Source: Wolbachia endosymbiont of Litomosoides sigmodontis (GTDB lineage: Bacteria; Pseudomonadota; Alphaproteobacteria; Rickettsiales; Anaplasmataceae). Taken from it: 32,000 bases of DNA. A model generated the notes under the pieces. That model ran no database searches. It was not told where the DNA came from and saw only the letters and a program-made list of their open reading frames with translations. The DNA lies in contig NZ_CP046577.1 of NCBI RefSeq assembly GCF_013365435.1, positions 180,001 to 212,000 on the forward strand. Reading direction: 5' to 3'. Within the stretch, counting starts at the first letter, position 1. Every line of letters begins with the position of its first letter. This document shows, one piece after another, positions 29,070 to 32,000 of this stretch. The translations under genes were made by a program, and so were the position numbers.

Positions 29070-30010
29070 GAAGCATTACTCTATTCCTTATGATTGCTCT
29101 CTTTGATTTTTTGCTGCAGAATTTGTTTCGTTCTGGAATTTTTTTAAATTTAGTATTACCAGAACACTTAACTATATGTTCTACATCTAGAATAGTTGAT
29201 TTGACTAATGGGATTTAGTATTGATAATATTTTCTTTGCAAGTTAGCCATGGTAATCGTTGTAGCGCAATTTTTTTGCTATGGAGTAAAGAGTAATCTTT
29301 CATACTAATTTTCTTATATGCGTGAGCTATCATATGGCCATTCTTGGATTACAGAATATCTATCTTTCAATATTACCATTCCAAGTCCTGAAATCAGTAA
29401 GGCTTCCATAAGTAATAGGACCACTTTATTTTGCCTGTTTTAGCAAGCATTAGCTACTCTCTTAGCAAAAGAGACTCCAGATCACAGGCGAATGGTCAAA
29501 GTAAATTCATTATATTCTGTACTAAGTAATAGGTGAAATAGTAATCACTTAATTTACGCTGTTGGAATGACAGATAAAATTTGCAAATCTACTCATTAAT
29601 GTAAGGCGCGATAATGCATTGATAATTATCTCGATGTTGATGTTACTCTACCTTGAGAAAGGGTGCTTTAAACAGTTTTTATATCCATTTACTAATGTTG
29701 AAATATTTATATAAGACTTTGTCCTCTAGGTAGGCTTGCTACTTACAGGTGTCATTAACAGTGCCACATTATCGAATGCGACTACTATCTTCTGCTTTAT
29801 TTTTGACTGAATTTGTGATGTCAAGGAAGGCAGTAGAGTTTCCAGGAATGATTAAATTGGGAGTTTTATTGAGTACGTTTTTATTTATACAAGATTTGTT
29901 GCGTTTTTATCTGCAACTAGAAAAATACCATTTTCTTATTGTGTACATATTTTATAGATATTGTCTGCAAGACAATGATCTGCTATTACTATATGAGGTG
30001 TATTTAGTTT
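29070..30010 (-). pseudogene. calcineurin-like metallophosphoesterase gene (possibly SbcD-like), decayed
   Basis: Reverse-strand fragments read ..HIVIADHCL.. (DxH-like), ..FLVADKNATNL.. (GDxxD-like) and ..NLIIPGNSTAFLD.. (GNHD with HD lost), in the order expected for this superfamily. All frames are broken. The subfamily assignment is a guess. Confidence 0.35.
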
Positions 30011-30079
30011 AATGTAATATTTGTTTTAAACAATACATAAAATGTTTACAATATAGTAATATAAGTATTTTAAGGCGAC

Positions 30080-31285
30080 ATGAAAATTGACCCTGTAGAG
30101 CTAACTAAGGAATTAATTTCCCTTAAGAGTATAACACCGAGAGATGATGGAGCAATAGAGCGTATAGCGGCAATCCTCAAGCAAAGTGGTTTTAATTGTG
30201 AGATTTTAGAGTTTGGTGATAATAAAACTAAAGTTAAAAATCTTTATGCGAAGTATGTAAACGGGGTACAAAACTTATGTTTTGCAGGCCATGTTGATGT
30301 TGTACCACCAGGTCAATTAAAAGGTTGGACATCTGATCCGTTTAATCCAAAAGTTAAAAATGGTGTGTTGTATGGAAGAGGAGCAACTGACATGAAAAGC
30401 GGGTTAGCTGCATTTATTACTGCTATGGTTGATTTGGTTGCAGAAAAATTTCGGTTTAACGGTTCGATAAGTGCATTAATTACCAGTGCTGAAGAAAGCA
30501 GAGAAGAATATGGAACAAAGGCTGTTTTGAAATGGATGGAGAGTAAGCACAAAAAGATAGATTATTGTGTAGTTGCTGAACCAACCAGTAGTGAGAAGTT
30601 AGGAGATACTGTAAAAATAGGCAGAAGAGGTTCTGCAACATTTGAGTTAGTTTGCCATGGGAAACAAGGGCACGTTGCTTATCCGGATCTAGCAGACAAT
30701 CCAATATATAAGATGATATCAATACTGAATAGGATAAAAGATACTACTTTTGATGGTGGTAATGAATATTTTCAACCTTCAAATTGCGAAATTACTACTA
30801 TCGATGTTGGAAATAATGCTTATAATATAATACCTGATTCAATAACTGCAAGTTTCAACATTCGATATAATAATATGCAAACACCTAATATTTTATATAA
30901 GTTGATTGATGAAATATGCTTCAGTATAACTAACGATTATAAACTCTTTATGCATAACAGCAGAGACGCTTTTCTTTCTATTCCAGATAGAAATACTGAT
31001 ATTATGCTTGATGCAATAAATAGAGTTACAAATATTGATGCTGTGCTGACCACAAGTGGTGGCACATCTGATGCTGCATTTATTAAAGATGTTTGTCCGG
31101 TGATTGAATTTGGGATGGTTAATAAAACTTCACATCAGGTAAACGAGTGTGTATTAGTAAACGATATACATAAATTAACAGCTATATATAGGGAATTTAT
31201 AAAAAATTATTTTTACCCCACTAATAGAATATTAAGTCAGATTAATGTGGTTAGTAATATACCTGACCGTCCATTGTTAGCTTGA
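30080..31285 (+). CDS. dapE: succinyl-diaminopimelate desuccinylase
   Basis: 401-aa M20 peptidase with FAGHVDVVPPG, GRGATDMKSG and SAEE motifs, collinear with DapE. Confidence 0.9.
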   Translation: MKIDPVELTKELISLKSITPRDDGAIERIAAILKQSGFNCEILEFGDNKTKVKNLYAKYVNGVQNLCFAGHVDVVPPGQLKGWTSDPFNPKVKNGVLYGRGATDMKSGLAAFITAMVDLVAEKFRFNGSISALITSAEESREEYGTKAVLKWMESKHKKIDYCVVAEPTSSEKLGDTVKIGRRGSATFELVCHGKQGHVAYPDLADNPIYKMISILNRIKDTTFDGGNEYFQPSNCEITTIDVGNNAYNIIPDSITASFNIRYNNMQTPNILYKLIDEICFSITNDYKLFMHNSRDAFLSIPDRNTDIMLDAINRVTNIDAVLTTSGGTSDAAFIKDVCPVIEFGMVNKTSHQVNECVLVNDIHKLTAIYREFIKNYFYPTNRILSQINVVSNIPDRPLLA

Positions 31286-31333
31286 GTGTATTTTAGGCTA
31301 GTAGAGACAGATAATTGGGAAACATCCTTATAC

Positions 31334-32000
31334 AATTCTTATTGTTAGTGATTTAAATAAGTGACATTACATGGTGATTTAATTGCGAGTGAGAAAGAGA
31401 GTAATAAATTTGCACAAGATACCTTCGAGCAAAGCAATTGTATTATAGACTTTATTGTGTAAAATATTCTATTTTATATAGAACCAAAATCTTTCAATAG
31501 AATTAAGCTTTGATGGGTGTATAATCTCGATATTTTAAAGTATTTTTAAATTTTTAACTTATGTTAACGAATACAATATGTGATAAGAAAGGTTTCTGTA
31601 TTCTTAAATATTGTGACATTTATTCAAGAAATATGTTCATACAATCAGTTTGGTATTCAGTGTAAATAAGCTAGAACCTTCTTCATTTCTAAGATTAACT
31701 GCGCTGTAGAGATCAAAATTTTATCTACTTAAAAATTTCACTTTAACCTGTGTTTTAACGCCCTTTTAAAACCACCGTATCCAAATACTGAATATATACA
31801 AAGCTTTAGTTCATCAAAGGTGAATAACTTTTGTTTAGGATACTTATCAATAATCTCATTAAGTTTTTTTTAACTCTTTTTGCTTGCTTTTATCTTGTTC
31901 ATTTTGAATTGATCTTGGCGTAATATACGAAAACTTCATTTTTTGCATATTGCGGTGTACTGTAGTCTTGCTGACATTCAAATCAAATTTTTTCTGGATT
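31334..32000 (-). mobile_element. IS630-type relic, inverted, truncated by the window end
   Basis: Starts with the reverse-complemented right end (caattcttattgttagtgatttaaataagtgacatt..). It runs collinear through the central region into ..cattaagttttttttaactc..gcatattgcggtgtactg... There is no long ORF. Confidence 0.75.

Noticed and set aside
889-30722. Antisense or out-of-frame track ORFs inside confidently called genes: 889..1128, 2196..2387, 5251..5463, 5783..6073, 6723..6953, 9611..9904, 10692..10883, 10972..11157, 15831..16073, 16416..16598, 19863..20066, 20398..20616, 20752..20997, 24992..25183, 26151..26360, 30313..30552 and 30480..30722.
   Set aside because: Each lies within and opposite to, or out of frame with, a gene with clear family motifs. 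Their compositions are typical of shadow ORFs and I recognised no motifs in them.
2847-32000. Dispersed repeats, considered as a possible CRISPR array or other regular repeat system.
   Set aside because: The repeats are 0.2-1 kb, dispersed, in both orientations, and translate into broken IS630-type transposase segments. There are no short, regularly spaced direct repeats with unique spacers and no cas-like genes.

Overview
This AT-rich window reads like part of a reduced, obligate-intracellular alphaproteobacterial genome. The gene set and protein sequences look Wolbachia/Anaplasmataceae-like, but that is my recognition, not a search result.

I call about 23 intact CDS and 2 tRNAs (Thr-GGU, Ser-GCU). 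The recognisable CDS are nadK, rpmE, fabD, mutM, pccB, der, a dsbB-like gene, COQ7, ppa, gmk, dksA, ccmB, rlmE, tolC, rplM, rpsI, HU, ftsQ, ddl, fdxA, dapE and a 606-aa pentapeptide-repeat protein. Together these CDS cover only about 55% of the window.

The rest is mostly two kinds of decayed DNA:
- At least eight degraded copies or fragments of one IS630/Tc1-mariner-type element, about 5-6 kb in total, none with an intact transposase frame.
- At least five decayed genes: pdxJ, dprA, a metallophosphoesterase, a DUF2497-like gene and a repeat-containing secreted protein.

I did not find a convincing novel multi-gene system. There is no CRISPR array, prophage, or obvious defence or toxin-antitoxin operon.

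The most unusual structures are:
1. Two copies of a 1.3-1.6 kb foldback (inverted-arm) IS630 composite. They share one internal junction, yet each locus carries changes present on both of its own arms, which suggests concerted evolution of the arms.
2. A ddl-ftsQ block bracketed by two same-orientation IS relics.
3. A signal-peptide-bearing pentapeptide-repeat protein next to a decayed repeat-containing secreted protein gene.

All identities and percentages are by-eye estimates.
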